This document shows positions 30,701 through 38,154 of a DNA stretch of 64,000 bases, in pieces; within the stretch, counting starts at the first letter, position 1; each line of letters starts with the position of its first letter. This DNA is from an uncultured archaeon (GTDB taxonomy: Archaea > Thermoplasmatota > Penumbrarchaeia > JASLWR01): positions 87,068-151,067 of the forward strand of contig CAYSHM010000005.1 in NCBI GenBank assembly GCA_964430885.1, in the 5' to 3' direction. The notes beneath the pieces are model-generated. The model did not search any database, was not told where the DNA came from, and saw only the letters and a list, made by a program, of their open reading frames with translations. The translations under genes and the position numbers were made by a program.

Positions 30701-30940
30701 GGTATTGAGAAAGTATCCTTCTTTTCATCTGCAAAGGATCGAAGAAAAATAAAGCAGAACATTGGTCAAAAGGGAACGCTATGCAGAATAACCTTTAAAG
30801 GGGACCGGGAAGGAGACCTCTCGCCATACAGTATTTATGATGTGGAAATTATGGATCCAAAGGGAAATATCATTCTTAAAATGAAGGACTATCGGATGAT
30901 CAAGACCGGGGAGTTGGAAGAGGAAAAAAGATGGAAATGA
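21797..30940 (+). CDS. Type I polyketide/fatty-acid synthase-like megasynthase, ACP-KS-AT-KS-ACP3-KR-DH (PfaA-related; likely start ATG 21806)
   Basis: KS1 DAACASS, EAHGTST, KSQIGHL; AT FPGQGSQ, GHSLGE, HAFH; KS2 NAACSST, SHETFT, KGYTGH; four DMEADLGIDTVKQVELF ACP cores; KR PGGGFGIT, HAAG, GQTDYSSAN; DH DHSISGTPYLPG. Confidence 0.93.
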   Translation: MLKMGKKNRKDIEKEVLSIVSEKTGYPIDMIDIEHDMEADLGIDTVKQVELFGAVRENYNLQEEEGVNLSEYASIKDVVQFIVDKLGIPEMSEVDAGEEEGAESEAMTSEEVKKDEGEGSKSAPVQKHTVNIIETERDRDEITSYIHSSLEPIAVVGLGGIFPDSNSITEFWQNIIEGKDSIDEIPEDRWDISTFYDPDSKTSKNKSYTKIGAFVKDFEFNSIDFRIPPNIIKHIDPVQLWTLAATKEAWEDAGLHKKDVARDRVSVILANAQGGEHRDTNSSLVYLYDFIRAMEKSSVFSNMKKAERKIKVEAIEKEFMKNMPEINEDTMPGELSNIVASRVANRFDFFGPSFTCDAACASSFAAIDTAVKYLREGDADILITGGADRSMNPSTYVKFCKIGVLSKTGSRPFDAKADGFVMGEGAGILVLKRLSDAIKDLDKVYAVIRGIGASSDGKSKGITAPNPLGQKKAIERAYEKAGYDLSTVSLIEAHGTSTVVGDATELKTLADIWSGKGFQKQSVGIGSIKSQIGHLKSAAGAAGLIKMILALHHNTLAPTINYKEANPNVNLDETPFFVVTEPRKWERPRIKGELIPRRAGVSAFGFGGSNFHVTLEEFTGNYPDLTAGIESTKPTHSPEKVIDPELYLKEHSDMEGDVISISADSLDELKAQAQTLSSDLKKALKDEGEYFRLASFAYDINRILDSDKIRTFRLAVSAQKGKEMADLFLLAAENVHSTERMAMLENKGIFFSNPDILTELGHLKDGVVHPPKTGFVFPGQGSQYINMLRDVSNKFRAVEDTFIESDEIMTDIIGEPLTNIIFSDEHDSEQDVKRKQNRMTDTEITQPAMITGDIALYRLFKMYDLEPAAVAGHSLGEYGALVASEVMDFKNALLASSARGREMANIEIEDKGKMASVAAGEKEVQEILDSIDGYVIVANKNSYSESVISGASKAVEEAVEKLNKKGINTIWLPVSHAFHSEIVAPAKVPLRNFLENREFHSPSIPVLTNVDGSFYPTGRNVKGRVIDILVDQIAGAVEWVKEMEAFYNELDIRFFVEVGTKRALTTTINHIFHNRPHKAVLTNHPKKGGLRTFNEALAHLSACGVKIKWPAPDNRTVYTDLFVDAGMELKKKVQVQKRAVISPPVSQRREGNYTEEIQTVVPVDTTISAPSSMDILLDIKPKNHIAGIDETAYKDFIQTEGQELLEIINDRFRKFQASRGGELLNRIRSLGLYLGSVSISGTGIGLPGKGKRVFSTSNVDKILQGGNFIDRLSEEQMKKMCDKNIIRLLKMPDGDAKMIPIDNIDQVIKFAGLRGDFDVVEEYGVEVSIAGALDITSKLAIAAGIEALRDAGIPLVKEYYTTSTGTYLPNKWVLPEPLQEGTGVIFASAFPGYDNLIDEISRYLAHKFTSRSAIEKEGLYEDILEQINDKKIKEQLRDWISKNRIRQEDEYREEEEYKFNRKFLWRVLSMGHSQFAQFIKAKGPNTQVNAACSSTTQTFSIAEDWIRTGRAERVIIIAADDATSENMLQYVGSGFIAIGAATVKDKLEEAALPFDRRRNGLIVGMGAAGFVVERKEDILRRGMKPAVDLLGTYLSNSAYHGSSLDVEHITSELENFIRRVERANNLNRNDITKNMLFMSHETFTPARGGSADAEMDSLRRVFPDTYRNIIVTNTKGYTGHAQGAGIEDAIAIKALQHGRTPPIANLMEPDPNLGDIKLSKGGKHPFEYALRLAAGFGSQVAFNLLKLQSREGERMADEITYQNWLKEISGLEQVETEVAHNTLRIKDVGPGRIVSKRPVSKVKNLSRDDSISSEQRSQKSSIPEGEEIITAKSNDERGQITEEVMEMVAEKTGYPVDMLEPDLDMEADLGIDTVKQVELFGAIRENYNLEQEEGVNLSDYDTLDGIVEYIYSRLLKEGKIVEEAIPKGEELAVQTESGESKLHLKVERKVLEIVAEKTGYPVDMLEPDLDMEADLGIDTVKQVELFGAIRENYKLEQEEGVNLSEYGTLRSVMDYILSRLDIPIGPNEGSAGDIDATENTTGTGEDEKTDSGRSRPDEIMEKVLDMVAEMTGYPVDMLEADLDMEADLGIDTVKQVELFAAIREHYGLERDEGVNLSEFNTLRSIGDYIDSRVGDTEPASEGVGAKTLQDELTEDTEGDEVMDPEAKELRRYLTRYIPKELGKDEWFDLKKKNVIVVMDKEGIGKELMKTLAYKGANVIQFIYNRKKKEHNNDQYKADLGDIEMLGEIKEKVLKNHGDIFGILYLQSMDKENELKKIDFGEWKELNRKKIRTLFNLGKVFIADLKMGSEDSEKRKNKFLVSAVEMGGSFGIEGDGKFSTPVQGGVCGLTKALGKEMPEVLVKCIDLGKISRKKKAADLILNELLFGDERLEVCYKKGKRRIAQMYHSELDKTKKANLKINQEWVFIVPGGGFGITGEITKDIVRQFKPRIIVMDIAELPENIEELAGYDEKQLDDFKKELFQKLKKEKDRVTPVMLERKFGSYTKAITIFRNLQKMREMGSKVDYFLCDVTDQKRVNEVLDEVRKKYKRIDCIIHAAGLEISKLITQKPPEQFDLVYGVKVNGAFNLFQGTKDDKVKAYVTFSSVAGRFGNIGQTDYSSANDLLNKYMALISRERKGKAKAISLNWTGWRGVGMATRGSLLKIFDEAGVTLIPLDFGKKKVRLELLYSGDESEVTVAGNVGFLDADGIIIPNGQDIESWDMERSMKMEPENYPFVDRVLEYEKGDKVVVDKLLHTEKDRYLKDHSISGTPYLPGVMGLETFAEASSLLFPEKNIIEFKDVVFKRPVKLLRGKEVTIRTICSVSSTKKDKVELDLRIESDFINPKGVKMGEPRIHFTGKCLMDKKGPGKKKIKIPKNITTDVDPVIGNSEIYKRFFHGPAFQILGGIIETGDKMKKGEKAWGVFKEPKGDFYSDLDDFRFSFTPMLAEFGFQTCGIFDMFHRSNMSLPDGIEKVSFFSSAKDRRKIKQNIGQKGTLCRITFKGDREGDLSPYSIYDVEIMDPKGNIILKMKDYRMIKTGELEEEKRWK
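27380..27759 (+). repeat. 62-bp identical direct repeat between ACP2 and ACP3 coding sequences
   Basis: gatctggatatggaagcagacctgggtatcgacactgtaaaacaagtggagctcttcggtgc at 27380-27441 and 27698-27759. A related copy lies in ACP4 near 28040-28095. Confidence 0.85.
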
Positions 30941-30987
30941 TTAATGAGGCAAGGATTGTTGAGTATTTTAGATGTATAGGTGGTTGA

Positions 30988-31350
30988 ATGGCAAAGGATT
31001 CATGTCCCCATAGGATTGAGGAATTTCAAAGGGAAAGAGAGAGAATGAACAAATTGATAATGGAATACGGCGGGAAGGATATCAAGAGGTTCTTCAGCAT
31101 TGATTCCTCTGTTTACAGGAATGGAGCTCTTTCGAAAAAAACCAAAGAACTTCTCGGTCTGGTATCCTCCCTGGTCCTGAGATGTGAGGACTGTGTGAAC
31201 TACCATCTTATTCATTGTAAAAAGGAAGGATACAGCACGGAGGAATTGATGGAAGGATTAACTGTTGGATTGATCATAGGAGGGTCTATCACAATTCCAC
31301 ATATCAGAAGAGCCCTGGATGCTTGGGTTGAACTTCAGGAAAAGGATTGA
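30988..31350 (+). CDS. Carboxymuconolactone decarboxylase / AhpD family protein
   Basis: GALSKKTKELLGLVSSLVLRCEDCVNYH (CxxC..H); RBS aggtgg upstream; 47 bp after the PKS stop. Confidence 0.85.
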   Translation: MAKDSCPHRIEEFQRERERMNKLIMEYGGKDIKRFFSIDSSVYRNGALSKKTKELLGLVSSLVLRCEDCVNYHLIHCKKEGYSTEELMEGLTVGLIIGGSITIPHIRRALDAWVELQEKD

Positions 31351-31599
31351 TATTAATAAATCAAGATGCATCCGATTTAATAATCTAATTCGTTTTAACT
31401 ATTCTTATCCGTGACCCTTTCAGAAAAACCTTAATCAATGTTTAAATAATTCATAGTCCTTGCAACTTGTGCATCGTACAGGTGCGGTAGCTTCCGTTAC
31501 TAATTCGCCACTTATAGGCAATATTATAATCTCAATTATAGCCATAGACAATACATCCCGATTTATGTGAAATAGATTTGAATGATGAACTGAAAAAAG

Positions 31600-32883
31600 G
31601 TGATAAAAATGGTCGAAATACCACAAATACCCATTGATGTGGATTCTATATCCCTGAGATTCCTGAATCTGCTTGGAAAACCCTGTGAGATAAGGGTCCC
31701 AAAGAATATGATGGAAACCTGTATCAATGACGGGATCAGTTTTGATTCCTCAAACCTTGGTTACACTGATATATCCAGAAGTGATATGATAGCCATACCG
31801 GATGTGTCAACTATGAAGATACTCAGGTACGAGAAGGATCATATAGCAGCTTTCCTTTGCGACATTCACCAACCGGACGGGGGCAGATTCAAAGGCGACC
31901 CAAGATACCTTCTGAAAAGCACTCTTGAACATTACAGAGTGAAAGGATTCACCTTCCACGTAAAACCGGAGTATGAATTCTATTTGCTGGATCGAGAAAC
32001 CAAAAGACCGGTAGATACTGGAAAATATATTGATGGAAGAGTGGACAACACCAAATTGGTTGGCGTTCTTACAAAGCTTCTGCAGAACTATGATTTCGGA
32101 ATTGAAAAAGTTCACCACGAAGTCGGGCCCGGCCAGTATGAAATTGAAACTCTGCCATATTCGGAACCGATTAAAATGGCTGACGATTTCATAATAATCA
32201 AGGAACTCATAAAAAAGGAAGCACTTAATAGAGGAATACTTGCCACCTTCATGCCGAAGCCAATTGCTTATACTGCTGGCAGCGGCTTTCATATTCATAT
32301 TTCCCTTTTCAAAGATGGGGAGTTCAGATTAACCACCGGTGATCTGAACAGCTACACCAAGGGATTCATTGGAGGCCTTCTCAAACATGCGAAAGCATTA
32401 TCTGCACTATGTTTACCAACCATCAATTCCTACAAGAGGATCATTCCAGGATATGAAGCGCCTGTTTACATATCATGGGGCTCCAGCAACAGAAGCACCC
32501 TCGTGAGGATCCCCGCCTATAGTAGCTCAAGAGAATCAAAGGGCAGGATCGAGTACCGGGGAATAGATGCCACTGTTAATGTCTATCTGATGATGAACTC
32601 TCTGATATGCGCCGGCATGGATGGTATCGAGAAAGGGATGGAACCTGGAAAAGAGATGACCGAGAACCTTTTCGATATAAAGGACCATGCATTGGAAGGG
32701 GGGTTGATAGATCACCTGCCGACCAACCTAAACGAATCCCTGGTGGAATTGGCCAAAGATGAGGTCATAAAGGAATCCTTAGGTGAGATTTTCGAACCCT
32801 ATGTGGAGATGAAAAGAAAAGAGATGTCTGCTTTTACAAAGTTCGTTACTGACTGGGAACTCGACAACTATTTGGATTACTGA
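31600..32883 (+). CDS. glnA: Glutamine synthetase type I family (likely start ATG 31609)
   Basis: PEYEFYL, HHEVGPGQYEI, TFMPKP..AGSGFHIHISL, NSYKRIIPGYEAP, NRSTLVRIP, RIEYR. Confidence 0.85.
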   Translation: MIKMVEIPQIPIDVDSISLRFLNLLGKPCEIRVPKNMMETCINDGISFDSSNLGYTDISRSDMIAIPDVSTMKILRYEKDHIAAFLCDIHQPDGGRFKGDPRYLLKSTLEHYRVKGFTFHVKPEYEFYLLDRETKRPVDTGKYIDGRVDNTKLVGVLTKLLQNYDFGIEKVHHEVGPGQYEIETLPYSEPIKMADDFIIIKELIKKEALNRGILATFMPKPIAYTAGSGFHIHISLFKDGEFRLTTGDLNSYTKGFIGGLLKHAKALSALCLPTINSYKRIIPGYEAPVYISWGSSNRSTLVRIPAYSSSRESKGRIEYRGIDATVNVYLMMNSLICAGMDGIEKGMEPGKEMTENLFDIKDHALEGGLIDHLPTNLNESLVELAKDEVIKESLGEIFEPYVEMKRKEMSAFTKFVTDWELDNYLDY

Positions 32884-33047
32884 AGAGGATCAATTTGACC
32901 TGAAGGGGGCTTCATCTATAAACCGCTCGGTCAAATAAAGGATAGATATAATCAATAATGCAATATGCAATGATCCCTCTAGGTCATTGAATAATAAATC
33001 ATTTAGGTATTTATTATTATTATTGATATCATTACTAGTTGTAAAAA

Positions 33048-34049
33048 TTGCTGGATCGTATGGTGATCAATTTGGAAAACCCGGTTCTGACAAGCGTCAA
33101 ATGGTTTGTGGATAACAGCCGCCACGTAAAGATCAATTATGAAAATATTTCTAAGGTGGCAGAAGAGAACGCCGGGTCTGATTTCCCCTATCCCTCTTGG
33201 GACTTTGACTGTCTCCCCAAAGAGAGAAATGATGCTGCACTTGAATTCTTTTTTCTGATGAACTGCCTTAATTTCAAATTCTGGCATACGGACACAAAGG
33301 AGCGATTTTCAGCTATTGTGAATGGCGATAAGTATATAGGCGCTTTTGCAATGTTCGGTCTGTTCAATAAATGGCAGAAGAAAAACCCAAACCTGTTGAC
33401 AGGCCAGTATCTCAAGAACATGACCATAGAAATTGCCAGGAAGAACCTATCGGGTATCAGAGGTCCAATTCCAATGCTGAGAAGAAGGGTTGAAATAATG
33501 AAGGAAGCCGGGAACATCCTGACTAGCAAATATTCAGATTTCAACGATCTTGTGGAGAGGTCGGAATATCTCTGTTTCAATAATGGAAGAGGTATTGTGG
33601 AAAGATTGATAGAGGATTTCCCTTCCTTCAGGGATGAGTACCAATTTCACGGACGCAGAATAATCCTTAACAAGAGAGCACAGTTAGCACCAGCAATGGT
33701 CTATGCCAAGTTTAGGGGAACCGGTAACTTTGACCTCAAGGACATAGATAAACTCACCGCTTTTGCAGATTATCAGCTTCCAAAGGGACTGCTGGGATAC
33801 GGCATTCTGGAGTACTCTTCCGAAATGGAAAAAATAATAAAAAAACGGGAATTTATCCCCAAGGGGAGCAGATTGGAACTTGAGATAAGAGCGAATACGG
33901 TATTAGCAGTCCACATTCTGCTAGGGGCTTTGAATGAACGGAGAAATGGCCTGGGGCTAGTGAATGCTGTTCAGATGGACTATCATCTTTGGAAAAGGGG
34001 AAGAGAGGAGAATACACCTTACCATCTCACTGAAACATCAGCCTATTGA
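33048..34049 (+). CDS. Queuosine salvage family protein (QNG1 / DUF2419; likely start ATG 33060)
   Basis: LNFKFW, FPSFRD, KRAQL, LTAFADYQLP, ELEIRA, DYHLW and terminal PYHLTETSAY. Confidence 0.85.
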   Translation: MLDRMVINLENPVLTSVKWFVDNSRHVKINYENISKVAEENAGSDFPYPSWDFDCLPKERNDAALEFFFLMNCLNFKFWHTDTKERFSAIVNGDKYIGAFAMFGLFNKWQKKNPNLLTGQYLKNMTIEIARKNLSGIRGPIPMLRRRVEIMKEAGNILTSKYSDFNDLVERSEYLCFNNGRGIVERLIEDFPSFRDEYQFHGRRIILNKRAQLAPAMVYAKFRGTGNFDLKDIDKLTAFADYQLPKGLLGYGILEYSSEMEKIIKKREFIPKGSRLELEIRANTVLAVHILLGALNERRNGLGLVNAVQMDYHLWKRGREENTPYHLTETSAY

Positions 34050-34083
34050 ATGATATATAACAATATAAGGAAAGGAACTCTGC

Positions 34084-35844
34084 ATGAAAGAGGGAAAAAA
34101 TACTGGCGAAGACAAGCATTGGCCAACGGCCTACAGGGAGATAAAAAGACAATACAAGAAAGGAAAGCCCCTTTCAGGACTCCTGAAGGATGCTGAGGCT
34201 ATAGCGGACCCATACTATTCCGCTCTTGGAACATTCTATCTAATTATCAAGGGTAATATGGACCCTTCTTCTTACGCTCCGCTCTTGGAAGGAACAATAA
34301 CCAAAGCTAGAAGTGTTAAAAAAAACTGGCGAAGAGCTGAACTCCTGGGCAAACTTTGCAGGATGAGCCAGGACCTGGAGGGGGAGGGAGATAGAAGAAC
34401 AATGATACAGGTCCAGAAAGAGATTTTATCAGTCACGGATAATATTCAAAAAGGAAAGGATCTTTCAGATGTGTTAAAAAGCTGCGCTAGGGACGTTAAG
34501 GGAGAAGCATTTGGTCTCCTTATTGATCTAGCACTATCCAATGGAGATTTTTCTAACAATGATGTGAAAACAATAATAAGGTACTGGGCAAGCGAAACTG
34601 GTGATAAAATTCCACCTGAGAAAATGATTGAAAAAATCCTCGATTCAGGCAGACCCTTTCTTGCCTCCAAATCTCTAGGATATATGCATCTCCAGTTCAG
34701 GAAGAATAATACTGCAGTAAACAGCAATCCGTTTTCAAGGGCTCGTGATGTATTGAAAAGCTGTTCTGAAGCTGAGAAGGTGGAAGCGATCCGATATTTG
34801 ATCCAGATTTCCAATAATAAAAATGAATTGCGGGAATTGGAAAATAGTCTGAACATTATAGATGATGAAATTGAAAGGATCAGAATGAACATTTCCATTG
34901 CAGGTCAGTACGACCGAGCTGGTTTTACCAAGGAAGCTATCAGAAGATTTTATGAATGCCGGAGATTATGTGAAAAAATTAGAGAATCAGCTGAACGTAA
35001 AAAAATTGTCACCTGTATGATTAATACTGCCAAGGGCTTGGTGAAATGTGATGACCTTAAGGGGGCTGAAAAAACCTACTTGACCGCTGTAGATTTAGTA
35101 AAAGGGCATCCTATGGAACTGCTGCTGATAAATAAAATAGGCAGTGAAATGGTCAAAGACAATATCACCGTTCCAAAAAGTATCAGTGAAGTTTGGAATA
35201 ATTCAGGTAAAGAAATGGTAAAAAACAGCATTAATAAGGACCCAATAAAAACCCGATCTACAGTCCACGATTCGAACTCCTCCATAATTGATCACGGCTC
35301 CAATATCCTGGGGTTGTTCAACACCTATAAAGGAAAACTCGGAGAGGTTCATTACCGATCATTAGGCCGAGCCGTTCCACTCTGCAAGGGATATGGACTT
35401 GAACTAGCGCTCATTGATTTTCCAGCAGAAAACGTCGAGGAACTCATAAGCAAGGCAAATAACCATTCGAATATTCAGGGAATAAATTATTTGTCCGAGT
35501 TGTTTAAAACTGGTAAACTGCACATAGTAACAAGCCATGCTGAAATTAAGGGCAAAGGAAAAATGGATATTGGTAAAAAAAATTACATGGAATTGGGTAC
35601 TCCAATAGCCACAACTCCTGATCCTGTAAAAAATAAGAAAAAGTATCTACTAAACCTTTTGAAAAAATCTATTATAGATGAAGTTAAAGAACCATTCTTA
35701 GTTATTATCGGGCTAGGCAGAAGCGGCCTCCCTTCAAGAATACTCAATGAGGCAAAATATCATTGCGAAATCACTGGCCGGAATGTATCCTTGGAGACAT
35801 GCACTGCTATGGGAATAATCGCCTATATAATGGGCCAGGCATAG
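34084..35844 (+). CDS. DUF531 (archaeal SPOUT-like) domain protein with long N-terminal helical/TPR-like region
   Basis: C-terminal LGLFNTY...HYRSLGRAVPLC..YGLELALIDFP, GTPIATTPDP, IGLGRSGLP, EITGRNVSLETCTAMG. Confidence 0.75.
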   Translation: MKEGKNTGEDKHWPTAYREIKRQYKKGKPLSGLLKDAEAIADPYYSALGTFYLIIKGNMDPSSYAPLLEGTITKARSVKKNWRRAELLGKLCRMSQDLEGEGDRRTMIQVQKEILSVTDNIQKGKDLSDVLKSCARDVKGEAFGLLIDLALSNGDFSNNDVKTIIRYWASETGDKIPPEKMIEKILDSGRPFLASKSLGYMHLQFRKNNTAVNSNPFSRARDVLKSCSEAEKVEAIRYLIQISNNKNELRELENSLNIIDDEIERIRMNISIAGQYDRAGFTKEAIRRFYECRRLCEKIRESAERKKIVTCMINTAKGLVKCDDLKGAEKTYLTAVDLVKGHPMELLLINKIGSEMVKDNITVPKSISEVWNNSGKEMVKNSINKDPIKTRSTVHDSNSSIIDHGSNILGLFNTYKGKLGEVHYRSLGRAVPLCKGYGLELALIDFPAENVEELISKANNHSNIQGINYLSELFKTGKLHIVTSHAEIKGKGKMDIGKKNYMELGTPIATTPDPVKNKKKYLLNLLKKSIIDEVKEPFLVIIGLGRSGLPSRILNEAKYHCEITGRNVSLETCTAMGIIAYIMGQA

Positions 35845-36016
35845 CTGGAATCAGCCTTTGGAGGCTTCTAAATACCCATCCTGACCTATCATATCATTTT
35901 TAGGATAAAGTAGATATAACAATTTAAAAATGACATGTATACTTAGCCTATTGGAGCCTTTAAGAAGGTTTTACTAGCAAAAAATAACTAACAGTTCATA
36001 ATGAAATTGAAATCCG

Positions 36017-38068
36017 GTGATTGCATTGCTTTTAAATTCATTTGACGATGATACAAGGGAGAAAAGACTTCGGTTCACCTCGAACGGGGCCAGAACATTA
36101 GTCATGAATCTTCCCAAGGATGCCATTATTAAAGAGGCCACACTACAGCTTGAGGCACAGGAACTTCCAGATGCTTCCATAATAAGAATAGGTGTTGTTA
36201 AAAACTGCACTTTGGAAGATTTCAACATGCTGGAAGAACGTCTGGAGATTACTTCATGGGGTAAGAACACAGTTCAGCCTGGCTGGGGGACCACTGAAAC
36301 CACATCGTTCCTTGCAGGAGAATCGGGAAGATACCGGGTCATACCTATCGACCCTGCAGATATAATGGGTGCACACCCTTCATATTATCGAAGAGAATTT
36401 GATGTGATATTCATACCCAACGGACCTATGCATGCCGACCTTACCAACATGCTGAATTCCAGAATACCTATTGTCACCACCAACCCCCAGGTAGCACTGA
36501 AAATAGGCCTTTGCGAGAAGGAATCACTCCATGGAGCCATAACAAATGTTCATATCAGAGATAGAATGCACTATATCTGCGAACAGTTCAGGTCCGATGA
36601 TATAAGAATAGGCGGCAGGGAAGATGAGCAGGCCGAACATATCCTCATTGATGCCATTGAACCCCTTAATGAGAGTGTTAAAGGAATACTTGACACAGGA
36701 ATATCATCCCAGTCAGTTCTTGTCACCAGCATGGATTATAAGTATGCGTACATCGGATTTTCCCGAATAGATCAATTACTGGAAGAAGATGACCTTTTCA
36801 CAATCCTCAGGAGAACAACTGAATGGTGCGGGATTGGAGGATATATCACCAATATAGGCATGGAAATCAAGGGAACTACCGGAGGGTTCAAGAAAGCTGG
36901 AAGGCTCAGTGACATCGTTGACACCCCTGATTTTTCCCAATCTCTAAACGAGATAATAAGTTCGAATGAACCCAATGAAGAGGGAATGTATCCTACGGTA
37001 ATAACATTCTATTCAGACTCTCCCGGACTATTGATCGTCGGTAATATAAGAATCGACTGTGTATTTCTTGCTACCATAACGAAGTTTGCCGATGAAAAGA
37101 GCGAGGTGGTACTAGAATTTGACTCCATCAACAAGGTAGGGTATGCCTATGTAGATATCCCCAAGAAAGCAGATATCAAGAGTGCCACTCTGCGGATCGA
37201 GGGAAACCTTTCTGACGAGAGGATAGGAATCATATCCGGAGATGAGGAGGATGTATACGGGGTTACGGTTTCCACTCAGTATACTGTCGCACAGCAGATC
37301 AAGACTGAGCGAGTCATGAGCGTATCTAGAATCGCACTTCATCTATCCAAACCTGATAAAAATGCGGAGCTGGAAGTGGAGATAAGGGAAGACTACATGG
37401 ATACACCCTCCCTTGATATCGTCGATAAGGCCAGTGTGGACGGAGGAGATATCAAGAAGGAGTATTCCTGGGTGGAGATTGAGTTCGAGAATCTGGTATT
37501 GAAACCCGATTCATCCTACTGGATATTGGTAAAGGCGAAGAAAGGAAAAGTACATTGGCATGCGGACAGAAAATGCCCTATGGGTGGCTCCCTTTACTTC
37601 ACCAAGGATGACGGAAAAACCTGGGCTGAACATGAGATGGACGCACTGTTCAAGGTATTCTATAAAATGGAATCATATGATGATTCGCCTACTATGCGCC
37701 TGTTACCCTCAAGCAATCAGATATGGGCCTATTCCGGCAAGTTCCAGGAGGTCAGGACAATCCCGGATTTCTGCCAATCCATAATCGATCATATCACCAC
37801 TCATTCAAAGGAATTCCAGGGGAAAGATGTGGCACGTGTCCCATTGACATTCTCCGCTCAATCCATTGGAACACTGACACTGTTCGACCTGAAGATCAAG
37901 TGTGAACTCCCCACATTGGAGATGAAGGAGGAAGTGGAGACCGCAACAATTGCCAAGGAGCTCCAGGCGATACTTGAACTGCTAGCCAAGGTAAAAAAGC
38001 GGGTTACCAACCTCATGGACGGATTGCCTCCCGATGTACTTGAGGGCCTGGAATTTGAAAAAGTATAG
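36017..38068 (+). CDS. Hypothetical protein with duplicated split beta-domain carrying two different inserts
   Basis: Internal repeats LPKDAIIKEATLQLE / IPKKADIKSATLRIE and PDFSQSL...FYSDSPGLL / PDFCQSI...FSAQSIGTL. No signal peptide or TM. Confidence 0.6.
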   Translation: MIALLLNSFDDDTREKRLRFTSNGARTLVMNLPKDAIIKEATLQLEAQELPDASIIRIGVVKNCTLEDFNMLEERLEITSWGKNTVQPGWGTTETTSFLAGESGRYRVIPIDPADIMGAHPSYYRREFDVIFIPNGPMHADLTNMLNSRIPIVTTNPQVALKIGLCEKESLHGAITNVHIRDRMHYICEQFRSDDIRIGGREDEQAEHILIDAIEPLNESVKGILDTGISSQSVLVTSMDYKYAYIGFSRIDQLLEEDDLFTILRRTTEWCGIGGYITNIGMEIKGTTGGFKKAGRLSDIVDTPDFSQSLNEIISSNEPNEEGMYPTVITFYSDSPGLLIVGNIRIDCVFLATITKFADEKSEVVLEFDSINKVGYAYVDIPKKADIKSATLRIEGNLSDERIGIISGDEEDVYGVTVSTQYTVAQQIKTERVMSVSRIALHLSKPDKNAELEVEIREDYMDTPSLDIVDKASVDGGDIKKEYSWVEIEFENLVLKPDSSYWILVKAKKGKVHWHADRKCPMGGSLYFTKDDGKTWAEHEMDALFKVFYKMESYDDSPTMRLLPSSNQIWAYSGKFQEVRTIPDFCQSIIDHITTHSKEFQGKDVARVPLTFSAQSIGTLTLFDLKIKCELPTLEMKEEVETATIAKELQAILELLAKVKKRVTNLMDGLPPDVLEGLEFEKV

Positions 38069-38154
38069 GGGCATACCTGATATGTTCCCATGATCGTGAT
38101 ACCTATACACTGCCATAGCTATTCAAAAATTATCCTACTTATCGGGGTTGGAGC

